A DNA stretch of 64,000 bases from Felis catus (lineage: Eukaryota), in contig NC_058383.1 in the NCBI RefSeq assembly GCF_018350175.1, positions 23,314,001-23,378,000 on the forward strand, given 5' to 3'. The position numbers and the translations under genes are program-made. The notes beneath the pieces were generated by a model. That model ran no database searches, was not told the origin of the DNA, and worked only from the letters and a program-made list of their open reading frames with translations. Each line of letters starts with the position of its first letter. Position 1 is the stretch's first letter. Below are positions 36,351 to 48,890 of the stretch, piece after piece.

Positions 36351-36899
36351 TTAGGGAGCATGTCTGTGCGGGTAGAGAGAGTGGGCATGTGTGTCTGGAG
36401 GATGTGTAGGTATAGTTTCTGTGTACTTGTGTGTGGACAATTGTGTGTGTGTGCTTGGTCCCTTATCTCTTGGAAAACTCCAGTCAATTCCATAAACATT
36501 TATTGTGTGCTATGTGCCAGGCCCTGTTCCCAGTGCTGTGGGTTATACCAAGATAAATCATACAAGGTCCCTGGCTTTGGGGAGCTTACAATAAGAATAA
36601 CTCACATTTGATTGGCCCCTTTCCCTTTACAGGGGAATTTTCAGGCAGAGTTATGTCATAACTCAGGCCGGCCGCAGCCCGAGGCATGCTGGGACCTGAG
36701 CAGTGGGGGGAGTGGGGGGCTGGCGGGAGGGGGAAGGCTCCGTGGGGGATGGGCAAATGGAACAGCAGCAGAGGCTGGGTCTCCAAGAGCTGCTGAGGAA
36801 CCTGGGCTCGGGCTGGAGGTTCTGGCCCCTCAGAGAGATGGGGGGAGGTGGCAACATCCAAAAAGCAAGGTGCGGGCTGCTTCGGCCTGGTTACTTCTG

Positions 36900-37110
36900 T
36901 CATCAGACAGCCCTGCTTCAAAGCCCAGCTCTGTCACTAATTACAAGTGGGATCCTGGGCAAATTACTTAACCTCCGTGCACCTCAGTCTCCTCAACAGA
37001 GAGAAATGATAATTCCTCCTCCTACAGCTGATATGAGGATTAGTGAGATAAGGCAAGCGAATACAGGGCGCAGTGTTACAAAGTAAATGCTCAGTAAAGG
37101 GTGGCATTAC
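36900..37110 (+). mobile_element. MIR
   Basis: 'tcaaagcccagctctgtcacta...gatcctgggcaaattacttaacctccgtgcacctcagtctcctca...gtaaatgctcagtaaa'. Confidence 0.85.
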
Positions 37111-37908
37111 TGCTGTCATTATATTGTGATTATTCAGTAGCGTGGAACGCTGAATCTCTGTGATTTAATATGAGGAGGACGATCCCTGGTTAAGAAGGAT
37201 GTCTGATCAAGAGCCCTTGGAGGTATCCTCCTAGATTTCCCTTTCCATCCGAGCCCCTCTGATTCTGGCTCTTGCTGCTTTTCCTTTTAAATGCCAGCCC
37301 TAGCATAGGCTAAGGAAAACAGAGCAGAATTTTCAAAAAGTCTGGGCTCGGTTTTAAGGGAAAGCAGCACACCACATATACAGAATCTGACTGTACCCCA
37401 TCTAGCCAGCTCGCCAAGGCTTTCGGGCCAGTCTCTTTCCAACAGCACGCCAAGGAAAGAGGCAGAAGTGAGTCCCTCACTTCCTGGCTCCGCATCTAGT
37501 GGGTACCAAAGTTTTGAAAGTATGTATCAAACATTCTAACTTAGTTCAGGAAACCTCCCCAGAGACAGCAACACTTGGGCAGAGACCTGTTCAAGGAGTT
37601 CGAGTATGTGGATGAGAGGTGAGAGGAGAGGTCAGGAATGCAAAGAGAACATTCCAGGCAGAGGAGATAGCATTTGCAAAGGTCCTGAGACAGAAAGACA
37701 TGTGTTGAATTCGAGAGGCTGAAAGAAAAAACAATGTACCTGAAAAACAGACAAGGGAGAAAATAATGTAAATGAAACTAGAGAGGTAGGCAACAGCCTA
37801 GCTGCAAAGAATGTTGTGGCCATATGCAGTGAAGAAGAAGGGACACTTGTTAGAGTATATAGGAAACTATATTATAAAGATATCATAATTTAAAATTTTA
37901 AAAGAACT

Positions 37909-38135
37909 GGGGCACCTGGGTGGCTCAGTCAGTTAAGCGTCCAACTTTGGTTTAGGTCATGATCTCACGGCTTGTGAGTTCAAGCCCCATGTCTCTTTCC
38001 AAGAGCTGTCAGCACAGAGTCTGGATCCTGCTTTGGATTCTGTGTGTCTCTCTCTGTCTCTGTCCCACCCCTGCTTGCATTCTGTCTCTGTCTCTCGAAA
38101 ATAAACAAACGTCAAAATTTTTTTTAATAAAAAAG
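37909..38135 (+). mobile_element. SINEC_Fc with internal micro-inversion
   Basis: Normal head and tail, but 38003-38019 reads gagctgtcagcacagag, the reverse complement of the usual ctctgtgctgacagctc. Confidence 0.95.
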
Positions 38136-38159
38136 TAAAGATAAATAAATTTTTTAAAG

Positions 38160-39460
38160 GACACAATAATTAAAATACTAATGGAGCTGTAATGGAGCTA
38201 AGACATAGAAATGAATGGAACTGAATAAAATTTCCAGAAATTGATATAAACATACAAAAGGCGATATAACATGTGGTCAAATGGGAACTTTTCCATAGAG
38301 AGTTTATTCAATAAATGATGTTAAGACATGTGATAGGGGCACCTGGGTGGCTCAGTTGGTTAAGTGTCCAACTTCGGCTCAGGTCATGATCTTGCGGTTC
38401 ATGAGTTCGAGCCCCAGGTCAGGCTCTGTGCTGACAGCTCAGAGCCTGGAGCCTGCTTCAGATTCTGTGTGTCCCTCGCTCTCTGCCCCTACCCCACTCA
38501 GGCACTCTCTCCCTCTCTCTCTCTCTGTCTCTTGAAAATAAACATTAAAAAATTAATTAAAAAATAAAAATAAGACATGTGATAATCATTTAGAAAAATG
38601 CATAATATCCCTACCTCACATCATACCCCAAAATTAATTCTAGGTAGTTTTTAAAGTTTTATATGAAAGAAAAACCATAAAGCCACTTGAAAACATTCTG
38701 GGTGAATAATTTTGGAATTTGAAATGAGGAAAGATTTTCTAATCATAACAAAAGGCAGAAAACATAAAGGAAAAGTTTGACAATTTTTATTACAGAAAGA
38801 AAAAGAACTTACGTACATCAAAAACCACCATAAATAAAACTGAAGGGCAGAGGATACATAGCCAAATATCTCTGCTAAATATGAAAATACCCTTAATATT
38901 GAAACAGCTTCTTCAATTTAAAAAGTAAAGATGAATACCCCAACAGAGTAAAGGACACAGGACCTGAAGATGTCACTCACAATAGAAAAATTACACACTG
39001 ATACACATAAAAAACCCAGATCACATCAGTAGGAATCAAAGAAACACAAATTAAGACAATAACCAAATGCCACTTTTCTCCAGTGTAATTGTTAAAAATA
39101 ATGGGAATGATGTGTTTGCTGGGATGTGAGGACAGAGGCATTACCATTTACAGGAGGCAGAAATATAAATAGACTCATTGATCGAGCAGTTTCACTATTT
39201 CTAAGACTCTACCCTGAGAGGATGATGGATGTATACAAAGTTATAGTTCAATAATGATATTCTTCATAGTGCTTTTCACCATGGTGAAAATAAAAAAGGG
39301 CTCGCTGTTGGGAGAAGTTGGCTACATACATAATGTTTTTTCTTTAAAAAAAATGAGAGCAAATATAACAAAATATTGACAGTTGTTAATTGTACATGTT
39401 GGGAGTGTAGGTGTCTATTATGTTGTTCTCTGTACTTTTCTGTAACTTTAAATTCTTTCC
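38160..39460 (+). mobile_element. Ancient L1M ORF2/3' fragments (interrupted by a SINE)
   Basis: 'aatggaactgaataaaatttccagaaattga...ttattcaataaatg...ccctacctcacatcatacccc'. Confidence 0.7.
38336..38570 (+). mobile_element. SINEC_Fc
   Basis: Perfect TSD taagacatgtgata. Confidence 0.97.
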
Positions 39461-39924
39461 AGACTGTGGTCAAATATGTTGTTATTGGAGAATAATTGTT
39501 GGCATGGGGAAATAGTCAAAACATATTTTTAATGAAAATAAACAAATTGCAAGAGTATCTTATTTCAAACATGCAAATGCAAAGGGAAACAACCAGTATG
39601 CCAAGATATTTACTTATGAGTAGTTCCATAATTTTTGTTTTCTTCTTAGTATTCTCTAGAGTGAACATGTATTACTTTTGCAACATGCTAACATCAGTAT
39701 CTAAACATACTTAGAAGGCATGTCTTACTTCCTATGCTCTATGACTCTGCACATACATCAAATTCCTTTTTAAAGCTGCAAACGTAAGGAGAGCCAGCAC
39801 ATGTCACATTGGGTGTCATGTTGAACTTCTAGAAACAAAGTGGGTGGGATTTAGGTTTCTTAAAGTTCCTTCCAGAAAGTTCTGACGTTTTTATCCATTC
39901 AATAAATATTCACTGAGCACATGT

Positions 39925-40430
39925 TAATCAGGGTTCTTGGGTTACATGTGACAGAGTCCCAAATCAAAATGACTAAATTCATTTTTTGAAGAAGGGCTTC
40001 ACTCACAAAGCTGGTGATCTAGTGGTTAGTGGGTCAGGCTCTACTGGATCCAGAGACCCAATGACCTAATCTCTATCTCTCAGGTCTCTTCTGTATTGAA
40101 TTCATACTCAGGTAGAGTCTTCTTCAGAAGGCAAAGGTGGCCACTGGTCTTGTAGACTTTTAAATTATACCTCATTACCTTATATCCTTATAGCCATCCA
40201 GAAAGAGGGCGCCTCTTCCTCAATGGCACCAGGCAAAGTCCAGGGCGTGGCTCTCATTAGATCCACATCTTCAGGTGTTTGTGTCTGAACCCATCAATGT
40301 CACCAGGAAAGATAAGCTGATTGGCCAGACCTGGGTCACATGTTCACTATGGAGTTGGAGGGAGATCAGCCCCTAAACCAAGGAACATGAGAAAGGGGGA
40401 AGGGTGGCTCCCCAAGGGAAAAACCAGGAT
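39925..40430 (-). mobile_element. MaLR LTR (MLT1J/K-like)
   Basis: 'aatcagggttcttgggttacatgtgacagagtcccaaatcaaaatgactaa...tgattggccagacctgggtcacatg'. Confidence 0.7.
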
Positions 40431-40699
40431 TAAGGAGAGCTGATGCTACACAGGCAGAGATAAGGGACACCCTCCTCAAGGATATGTGCACGCTCTACAT
40501 GACTCCAGGAGTGGGCAGCTGCCTGCCATTGAGTTGCCTCAATCACTACAATGCAGTAAGCCTTGGGAGGTTTTAAGGTGCTGTCATATTTTCTTGAAAG
40601 TCTCTTTGTGAAGAAGGATGGCTGGGACCTGCAGCCCTGGTTTTGTCTTCCTAGTTTCCCTTTCAAATTGCTCACTTTTCCCTTTCAAAAGCACTCCCT

Positions 40700-40894
40700 T
40701 TTCTCCTTCCTGATTCACGGTGTCCAGAGCACGTAACAGCAACTGATATACTATATATTTTACTTTGTTTGGTACTTACCTTTTGCCACTAGGAAGTAAG
40801 CTTCTTGAAGGCAATTCTCTGACTCATTCATTACTGTGTCTCCAATGCCTAGAACAGTGTCTGGCACACAGAGGGTGCTAAGTAAGTATTTGCT
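40700..40894 (+). mobile_element. L2 3' end
   Basis: 'gtaagcttcttgaaggca...tctccaatgcctagaacagtgtctggcacacagagggtgctaagtaagtatttg'. Confidence 0.85.
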
Positions 40895-41170
40895 GGATGG
40901 AGGGATATATAAAAGGATGGATAAATGGGTGGAAGAAAGTAAGGATGAATAGGTTAATAAATGGATGGACGGGTGGATGGATGAACGGATGGATGGATGG
41001 ATGGATGGATGGATGAATGGATGGATGGATGGATGGATGGATGGATGGATGGATGAATAGATGGATGGGTGGGTAGATGGCTGGCTGGCTGGCTGAATAG
41101 ATGGATGGGTGGATGGATGGATGGATGGATGGATGGATGGATGGATGGATGGAAGGAAGGAAGGAAGGAA
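40895..41170. repeat. (GGAT)n/(GGAA)n compound microsatellite continuing the L2 tail
   Basis: Direct reading; it starts immediately at the L2 3' end. Confidence 0.95.
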
Positions 41171-42019
41171 GCATGAATTAATGCATTTCACCTCCAGTCA
41201 GAAGAAACATGTTTCCCTTTAAAGCTTTCCTTCAACATGAATATTTCCATCCTATCCTGTATACAGCAGAGCTAAAGCAGCTAGGATATTCAAATTGATA
41301 AAGGCTAAGACAGAACAAAAGAGAAGCAAACACAGAAGCTAACCAAGCAAAGTTTATCATCCTGCCACACTGATCTTGCTTCCAGAATTGTGAAGCCTTG
41401 TCCCATTGTACATGCTGTCTTGACAATGCTCTAGCCCCCAAAGGCTGGTACAATTTGGACTCGCCCTTTGGTACATCCCTTGCCCCACCAAGGAGCTTCC
41501 TGCTAGGCATTCTCACTGTGCGTAACAAGAGAGCATGAGCCCAACCCAGAGTGACCCTCGCAGCTCTTTCCCAGTTTCTTGTTCTGGTTGGCAAGACACC
41601 CTCTTTCCTGAGCTTATAGCACCAGAGAATCTTATAACTAGACCCCCTGCTTCTACAGAAAGGAAGGACTTTTATGTCCTACCAAAGCTCAGCCTACAAC
41701 AATGCTTAAATTCAATCTAGTAACCATATTCGTATAAAACACCTACGCAGAGAGGAAGGAGAAGCTGGGGAACTGTTCCATTACAGGATCAGAGCAAAGG
41801 TTCAGAGACTACAGAATTTAAGGTCAGTCCACGCTTATTGACCTTCTGTGCTCATAAGCATTTTTTTCTACCTTTCCCTGGTGCATAAGGCAGAGAACAG
41901 CAGGAAGAGGACCTTAAGGGCCTTTGGGCATGTGTTGGGAAAGCAACCCTGGGAACAAACTGAACATTCTCCTCATCTTGGCAAGTGGTGCGTGGAGTTA
42001 GACCATTTGGGGGTGCTCA

Positions 42020-42230
42020 CTATGCTCACGCACTGGGTCGGTCACTTCACACACACGACATCACTGAATCATCATGACAACCTACTGTGGTCCCCATTCA
42101 GTAGGGGAGAACGCCAAATCAGGGAAATTAAGTGATTTACCCAAAGTCAGCTGGCTAGTTAGTGCCAGGGACAGGATTTGAACCCAGGCCCTCTGACTCC
42201 AGCTTCCACACTCCTGACCACCATACCTAA
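42020..42230 (-). mobile_element. MIR
   Basis: 'aattaagtgatttacccaaagtcagctggctagttagtgccagggacaggatttgaacccagg'. Confidence 0.85.
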
Positions 42231-42656
42231 TGGCTTCCTGTGGCTAGCAGTGAGACATAGAAGGAAACGCATTCTTATTTTTGTAGTGACTGAGGCAAGC
42301 ACAGGGTGACAGCTGAGCTCTGTTTTGTAGCCCACATTTCCTCACTGCAACCATCTGGGCGTCAATTTCTCACCCCTACAGGTCCCTGGACATCACCACT
42401 GCATTGGGCATAGCCTGATGGGCCCATCACTAACTTTATCTATGAAAAGATCAGATGCAGATCCCAGGAAAGATGCAACTGTAGAATTTATTATGGGACC
42501 CCCCACTCTCTAGGGCTGTCATCCTCCTTGCTATCAATGTTGTGTTATAGGCAGTGGGGCATTTTTGTATCAGAAACTCGGGACTGACACTCGCTACACA
42601 GCACTTAACCTCCCAAGTGGCCCCAATCAATCAATTCTAGAAAATTAGTAAACACC

Positions 42657-43041
42657 GTATTAGTCAGCTTGGGCTGCCATAACAAAATACCACAGACTGG
42701 CTGGCTTTAAACAACAGACATCTCTCACAGTTCTGGAGGCTGGAAATCTGAGATCAGGGAGCCAGCGTGGTCGGGTTCTGGGGAGAGCCCCTCTCCCGGC
42801 TCACAGACAGCCACTGTGTCACTGTGTTCTCACATCAGGGAGAGGGGCAGGGAGGGGGTGGGGGAGAATGCAAGCTGTCTCTTCTTCCTTCTCTTCTTGT
42901 AAGGGCCCTAATCCCATTCTCGGGATGTCACCTAAACCTAATCGCCTCCCCAAAGCCCCACCTCCAAACACCATCACATTGGCAGAGGGGTGGGGGCAGG
43001 GCTTCAACATATAAACTTGGGACACAATTCAGTCCATAGCA
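42657..43041 (-). mobile_element. MaLR solo LTR (MLT1A-like)
   Basis: 'gtattagtcagcttgggctgccataacaaaataccacagactgg...ctcacagttctggaggctggaaatctgagatcagg...gggacacaattcagtccatagca'. Confidence 0.9.
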
Positions 43042-43139
43042 CACTCCCAAACAAAATAGAAATTCATTCCTAAAACCCCACAGAATAATACAAGCTGGTG
43101 ACATAAGAGCTAAAGCAACGAACTGCTGGTTCTGTAAGA

Positions 43140-43390
43140 AGGTAATAATATCAACGGCTGGCAGCGAGCACTTACCATGTGCCAGGAACTATTTAAAATG
43201 TTTTACATGAATCCTCTTAAAACAGTACTGGGAGGTAGGTACTATGACACGCCCATTTTACAGAAGGGGAGAATGGGGTCACAGAGCGGTGGGGGGAAAC
43301 TTGCCCGCACTCATATGGTTAGTCAGTGGCAACAGGATTTGACCCAGGCAGCCTGGCTCCAGAGCCCTTGAACCTCACTACATTACGCTG
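43140..43390 (-). mobile_element. MIR
   Basis: 'agcacttaccatgtgccagg...cccattttacagaagggg...ggatttgacccaggcagcctggctccagagcc'. Confidence 0.85.
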
Positions 43391-43479
43391 TAATAGCTCC
43401 CTAGAAGCTCCCGTTGGAAGGCACACTCAGCGAACCTGCTCTCTTCTCAGAACACTCACATGGAGAGGTGCACCTAAGC

Positions 43480-43660
43480 ATAGTCCTGGGTGTCCTCGGG
43501 CAAGTTTTTTAACCTACCTGGGCCTCAGTTTCCTTACCTGTTAAATGACCAATGGTATTTACATAATAGGGTCACTGTAAACACTTAATGAAATAAACCA
43601 CATAAGCTCTTAGTACTGCACGTGGCACATAGTAAGCACTCAGAACAATTAGCTAGGAAT
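43480..43660 (+). mobile_element. MIR
   Basis: 'cctcgggcaagttttttaacctacctgggcctcagtttccttacctgttaaatg...ggcacatagtaagcactca'. Confidence 0.85.
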
Positions 43661-43924
43661 ATGGATGACTGTTTTGGGGCCTTCAGAGAGGCTCTCTGCA
43701 GCCATCTGAAAAAGTGCCTGGTCGCATGCCTGACCACCCTGTCCAATGGGAAGCTACTTCGGTAAAGCCACTGGCGTCCCCGGGCTCCGTGCTCAGCATC
43801 ACGTAGCTGCTCAGTAAACATCTGTGTTTGAATGAATACATGAATGAATAAATGGGCCAAATAACCTCCAGCTCCAATGACTGAGTCCTCTCTCACCCTA
43901 CCGGAATGCACATTGATTTGTTCT

Positions 43925-44280
43925 GGATTTCTTGATAATTAATCTCTTGACAAAATTTAAGACCTGTTAATTACCCCTGATTAATTAGGGTGAACTTTTT
44001 AATTGCTTCCCTAAGCTGAAATACACTGTCAATAGGCCCCATAATTAGTGACCCAGTAATCAGTTTTAAACCAATTATCCCAGGGTAACAAGTGAAACTA
44101 GGCAAGAAACACCCCAGGGGCTTGGGCCAATTTCAGTGGAACTCAGAATAATACAAATTGGCACTCATGTGGGTGAAGAATGTGTGTTCAATGTAATTGG
44201 AAATCCGGATACTCGTATTCTCTGGAGGGTTTCATTTGTCTGGGTTTTCACAGCTGTATTATTTGAAAACAATAAAATAA
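43925..44280. promoter_or_regulatory. Candidate homeodomain-rich enhancer
   Basis: Four TAATTA (43936, 43968, 43982, 44042), TAATTG (44000), TAATCA (44057), CAATTA (44072) and TGACA/CTGTCA (43948, 44026) in non-repeat sequence. Confidence 0.5.
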
Positions 44281-44364
44281 GTGTACTCCCCACCCACCCA
44301 ATCAAAGGCCTGGTGCAGATTCTTGAAGTTGCCCGACTGCCTTTGGGTACAATTAGTGCTCTCA

Positions 44365-44475
44365 CATCAGGTTGTGCAGGTCGTGTACTCCACAACTCCA
44401 GGGTGCAATTCACACTGTAGTCTGTGTAAATAGCAGCCCTAAAGGTTGTGCAGTGCATGATGTGGGTACAATAAT
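44365..44475. mobile_element. MER91-like palindromic hAT MITE
   Basis: 'ggttgtgcaggtcgtgtactccacaactccagggtgcaattcacac...tgtgtaaatagcagccctaaaggttgtgcagtgca' follows the self-complementary MER91 layout. Confidence 0.7.
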
Positions 44476-44849
44476 CTGTGGGTCATATGGCGCGAAGTAT
44501 AGGGGCCTAATCATGAAGAATTCCTCAAAAGGTAGTGGTGGGCTTGGAAGTGCTCTGAGCTTTCTCGAGATGGGGAGGTGCAAGTGGCAGGGACCTTTCA
44601 TGGTCTGTCTAGTGCAATGGACCTGGTATCACATACACATTTAATTTCTGCAAATCTAACTCCCTGAATTCAAAAAAAAAAATTAAGAAAAAGAAATAGT
44701 AATCTTAAATAGTACAGGCGATTCTTCCCGCCACTTCATTAAATGCACACCCCGGAGCAAGCCTGAAATGGGGACTTGAATCTGCTACTCGTGTGCCTCT
44801 TATAAAGAGCATATCACGCCATGTGGAGTATTTAAAGATTTGTACTTTC

Positions 44850-45057
44850 GGGGCTCCTGGGTGGTTCAGTCGGTTAAGCATCTGACTTCGACTCAGGTCA
44901 TGAGCTTCCAGTTTGTGAGTTGAAGCCCCGCATCGGGCTCTATGCTGACAGCTCAGAACCTGGAGCCTGCTTTGTGTTCTGTGTCTCCCTCTCACTCTGC
45001 CCTTCCCCTGCACTCTCTCTCTCTCTCTAATAAATAAACATTAAAAAATTTTTTTAA
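44850..45057 (+). mobile_element. SINEC_Fc
   Basis: Perfect TSD tttaaagatttgtacttt. Confidence 0.97.
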
Positions 45058-45361
45058 TTTAAAGATTTGTACTTTTTGACCAGCAGAACCCTCAAGATGC
45101 CCCCTGAAGAAACAGAGATGTCTCCCCATAGCAGAGGAAAACCGTCTGGGCCGGCCTTTCTAAAAAAGATGGTGTAACAGCCTCCAATGTGGCACCTTCC
45201 TAAGCACTTTCAAGAATAATTTCGACAATGTGAGATTTTTCTCCTTTTCTGCCTCCTTGAGAACCTAATGTCCTTAAGGCGAGGCAGCATTTCCAGTCTG
45301 GGGAAGCAGGGTGCTAACTGACTGGGGACCTTTGTCTCAATGTGTGAGGTTCTTGGTAGAC

Positions 45362-45530
45362 CAGATGGTTCTCAACATATGGCTGGAACCAACTGCGTGA
45401 GAATTGCTTTGGATGCTTGTTTTTCAAAATGCAGCTTCCTGGCCCCCACTCTGGACCTACTAGGTCAGAACATCCAGGCATGTGGCCCCAGAGCCTGCAT
45501 GAGAACAAATTCCTCGTGCTTCTGATACAT
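45362..45530. mobile_element. MER5-like MITE
   Basis: 'tggttctcaac...agaattgc...aaaatgcagcttcctggccccc...tcagaacatccagg'. Confidence 0.65.
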
Positions 45531-46557
45531 ACTCTCAACTGTAAGCTAGGTGAGGGGAGGCAAAGTGCCCGTGTTATTCAGCGCCGTGGCTTCCTGGAGT
45601 GGGCCAGTGTTCAGTAGATATTAGTTGACGAAATGCGAACAAGCCTCCGGCCCTTTGTTTTGATTCAGCAATCCACGGGACAGAGGCTAACATATCAGCC
45701 AAGCTGGACCTTGAGAAGGAGAAATAGATCGACCTCCCGTCCCTTCTCAGGACGTCTTCAGGGCTGAGACCTGCCTCAGTAAAGCCTCCAGTTCAGCATG
45801 TTCTCTGCCACCTGCGTCATGTCCTCACAGAAGCCATTAGCCATTCATTTAGTGCCTAATCCTCTAATCCAACTGCTTGTTCATTTGCCAAGTGAGAAAT
45901 ATGCAGAAACACAAGCCACTCATTCTCAGAGATATTTCCAGCTGGTGAGAAGGAGGCAGCTGGGGAAGAGGCTTCTGGTTTTGTTCTCTGAACCAGGAAG
46001 CCCCAGAATGACACTGGGACGTGGTTCCGCCCGCTCAGACCCTTCTGATGTTGGGGTGCCGCCAAGAGCAGTTCCTAAAAAGACCAGGACACCTCAATAG
46101 TCCCAGGCGGCCGAGGTGCCGAGAAGCACGGCCAGATGGTCTCACTCGGAGAACGCAGGCTGACTGCTGCACTTTGCCCACACATCTCATTCATGCGGCA
46201 GGGATTCGTGGAGCATCTGTGTCCACCAGGCGCTCGCCGGAGGTGCTTGGGATGCATCAAAAAACAGAGCAGAGTCAGCTCCCTGTCTTTGTGGAGCTGC
46301 CAGCAAGCCTCCTGCACTCCCGATTCTCTGTCCCTTTAGCAGAGGACGGACCCTCTCCAGGGGCCTGAACTGCCCGCCCAGCCAAGTCCCCTTGCAGCGG
46401 GGCGCTGGGCTGCCTCCAGTTCTTCCCAGGCTCTCTTCCTCCTTAGTTAAAATGTGGGAAGGGCTAGTGAGTTGACTGTGTGGAAAGCAACTCTGTGAGT
46501 TTGGACAGCACCCAACAGAAGCCTGACCCAAAGAAGCCTTAGAAATCCTCAGACGTC

Positions 46558-46755
46558 GGGGTGTCTGGATGGCTCAGTCGGTTGAGTGTCTGACTCTTAA
46601 TCAGCTCAGGGTGTGATTGCGCGGCCATGGGATCAAGATCTGCATCAGGCTCCTCGAGCATGGAACCTGCTTGGGATTCTCTCTCTCCCTCTCTCTCTGC
46701 CCCTCCCTGCTCACGCACTCCCCCCTCCAAAAGAAATAAACATTAAAACAAAAAA
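46558..46755 (+). mobile_element. CAN-SINE (older variant)
   Basis: SINE head, 'gcatggaacctgcttgggattctctctc', A tail; degenerate TSD. Confidence 0.92.
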
Positions 46756-47086
46756 ACCTCCAAATGTCTGTTGCTTCCATCCCCTATGCCAGATGACCCC
46801 ATCTGTCCCTCCAGGTCACCTGTCTCCACTCCCCTCTACCCTGCTCCTAAAGAATGAGCTGGATGCATTAGATCTATGAGTTTCCAAGTCCTCTGCTCCC
46901 GGGTGGTTTGGTCCAGGGGAGGCACCAGGAGTGGGAGGGCAGAAAGGCAGGACATTTATTCCTCTAGCTCCCTCTGACAGATAAGCTCAGTCTGGCTCTG
47001 TCCCTCAGCGGAAGGTACCTCTCTACCTCTGGAAGAGCCTCACCCTAGGCAGCTCTCCCTCCTCCCCCCCCCCCCCCCCAGCAAGT

Positions 47087-47326
47087 GTTAGTGTTTGTTT
47101 ATTTTTGGGAGAGAGAGAGAGAAAGAGACCCAGACAGAGGTGAGCAGGGGAGGGGCAGAGAGAGGGGAGGCAGAGAGAGAGAGACACACACACACAGAAT
47201 CTGAAGCAGGCTCCAGGCTCTGAGGTGTCAGCACAGAGGCTGACACAGGGCTTGAAGTCATGAACTCTGTGATCATGACCTGAGCCGAAGTCAGACGCTT
47301 AACTGACTGAGCCGCCCAAGCACCCC
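47087..47326 (-). mobile_element. SINEC_Fc
   Basis: Antisense SINE body, sitting within an old LTR-like segment. Confidence 0.95.
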
Positions 47327-48269
47327 TCAATCAGGTTTTTTCTTAATAAAGCCTTCTCAAACTGTACCAGTTTGAATGCACCATCTCTTTTCTGAACAGA
47401 ACCCAAGAGACATACCCCCTCTCCTTTCATTCTCCCCCATTACTGTCTGTGAAGAAGCTAACATCAAGGTTGCAAACTCAGTTCCTCAGGCCACATCGGG
47501 CTCACAGAGCCTTCAACTACCTTCTTGGTAGTTGGCCTGCAGGACATGAGCAAATTTATTTGTAGAAATCAAGACTGTTCCTACTTTTTAATATTGAGTC
47601 CCCTTTTGGTTACCTTCCAAACTCAGGTAAGCATTTGTCGGCTTTGAAATACAGCTTTAGCTAAATCTCAGTTTTAAAGTCATCAAGCGAGAACTCAGAC
47701 TGAGAGAGAAAAATAAATGAATCAGGACTGAATTAGGCACAGGTGGGCTTGGTGGATTTTAGGACTAGTGCACGTGATATTCTCCAACTTCTCATTCCTG
47801 CCCCCGCCCTCACCACCCCCAGGCTGCAGCCTCCCTGAAACTCAGACTCCAAGAAAAAAGGCCAATTATAGCAAAGTTAGTCAGAGTTTACAGGACAAAA
47901 CTAAGATTGATAAAAAAAAAATAAAAATATGAAAAAAACTGATCTAGTCTTACTTTATATACAGACCTTCATTTATGTCACCTTCATTTTTACCTTTTGG
48001 GAGATGGAAATTAACACATACTGAGTTTTAATACATTATAACCTTTCAAACAGCATAAGAATTCTATGACATGGCTCTGATGGCTTCCATTTTAGACATA
48101 AAGGTTCAAAGGTTCAAAGAAGTTGTGTAACTTGGCCAAAATTATATAGCTCATAAATGATGGGAACGAGAGTCAAGTCTTTGCTTTTTCCTCTTTATTT
48201 CTTACGACCTCAGAACAGAGGGTAAGTTAGAAGCAAGCTGGGGACTCATTGTTTAATTAATGTAAGCCT

Positions 48270-48890
48270 TGCTTTCTTTAGATAATGGTACAGCGATCTT
48301 TCCACAGCAGTGCATACGGATTCCACCTCCCCCTCATTAACACATGCACGGTATCTGCTGCTGGACATTTAGGTTGCTTCCCCATGTTTCACTATTGAAA
48401 AGGGCTGTACTAAATACCCACATCTGTATCTACACTCAGACAGATACAGATGCACACACAGATACATACAGTTGCACATACACACACAGATACAGATGCA
48501 CATACAGATAAAGATATGGATAGATATGTATAAAGATACATATAAAGATATGCTGGCATACCTTTGTGAATAGCTCTATAAAGTAAATTACTCGAAATAG
48601 AATTCCTTTCTCAATGATATGTATATTTTAAATTCAGAAAGCTACTGCCAGATTGTCTTCTACAGTTGTCAGACCAATTCATGGTCCCCACTAATGCGAA
48701 TGCCCGTTTCACAACAACTTCGCCAACTACACGTACTGTTATTATTCTCTAATCTTTGCCAGACCAAGTAAAAACTTAACATTTTATTATAATTTTATTT
48801 GCATTTATTAGTAGTATTATTATTTGTTTATTGGCTACTTGTATTCTGTCTCATATAATTTGACTGTTTGTGTCTTTTGCCCATTTGGGA
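48270..48890 (-). mobile_element. Old L1ME-type 3' fragment with degenerate (CAGATA/CA)n insert
   Basis: 'ggacatttaggttgcttccc...actgccagattgtcttc...aattttatttgcattt'. Confidence 0.7.

Noticed and set aside
40760..41191. His/Pro/Ser-rich ORFs (PSIH repeats)
   Set aside because: Translation of the (GGAT)n microsatellite.
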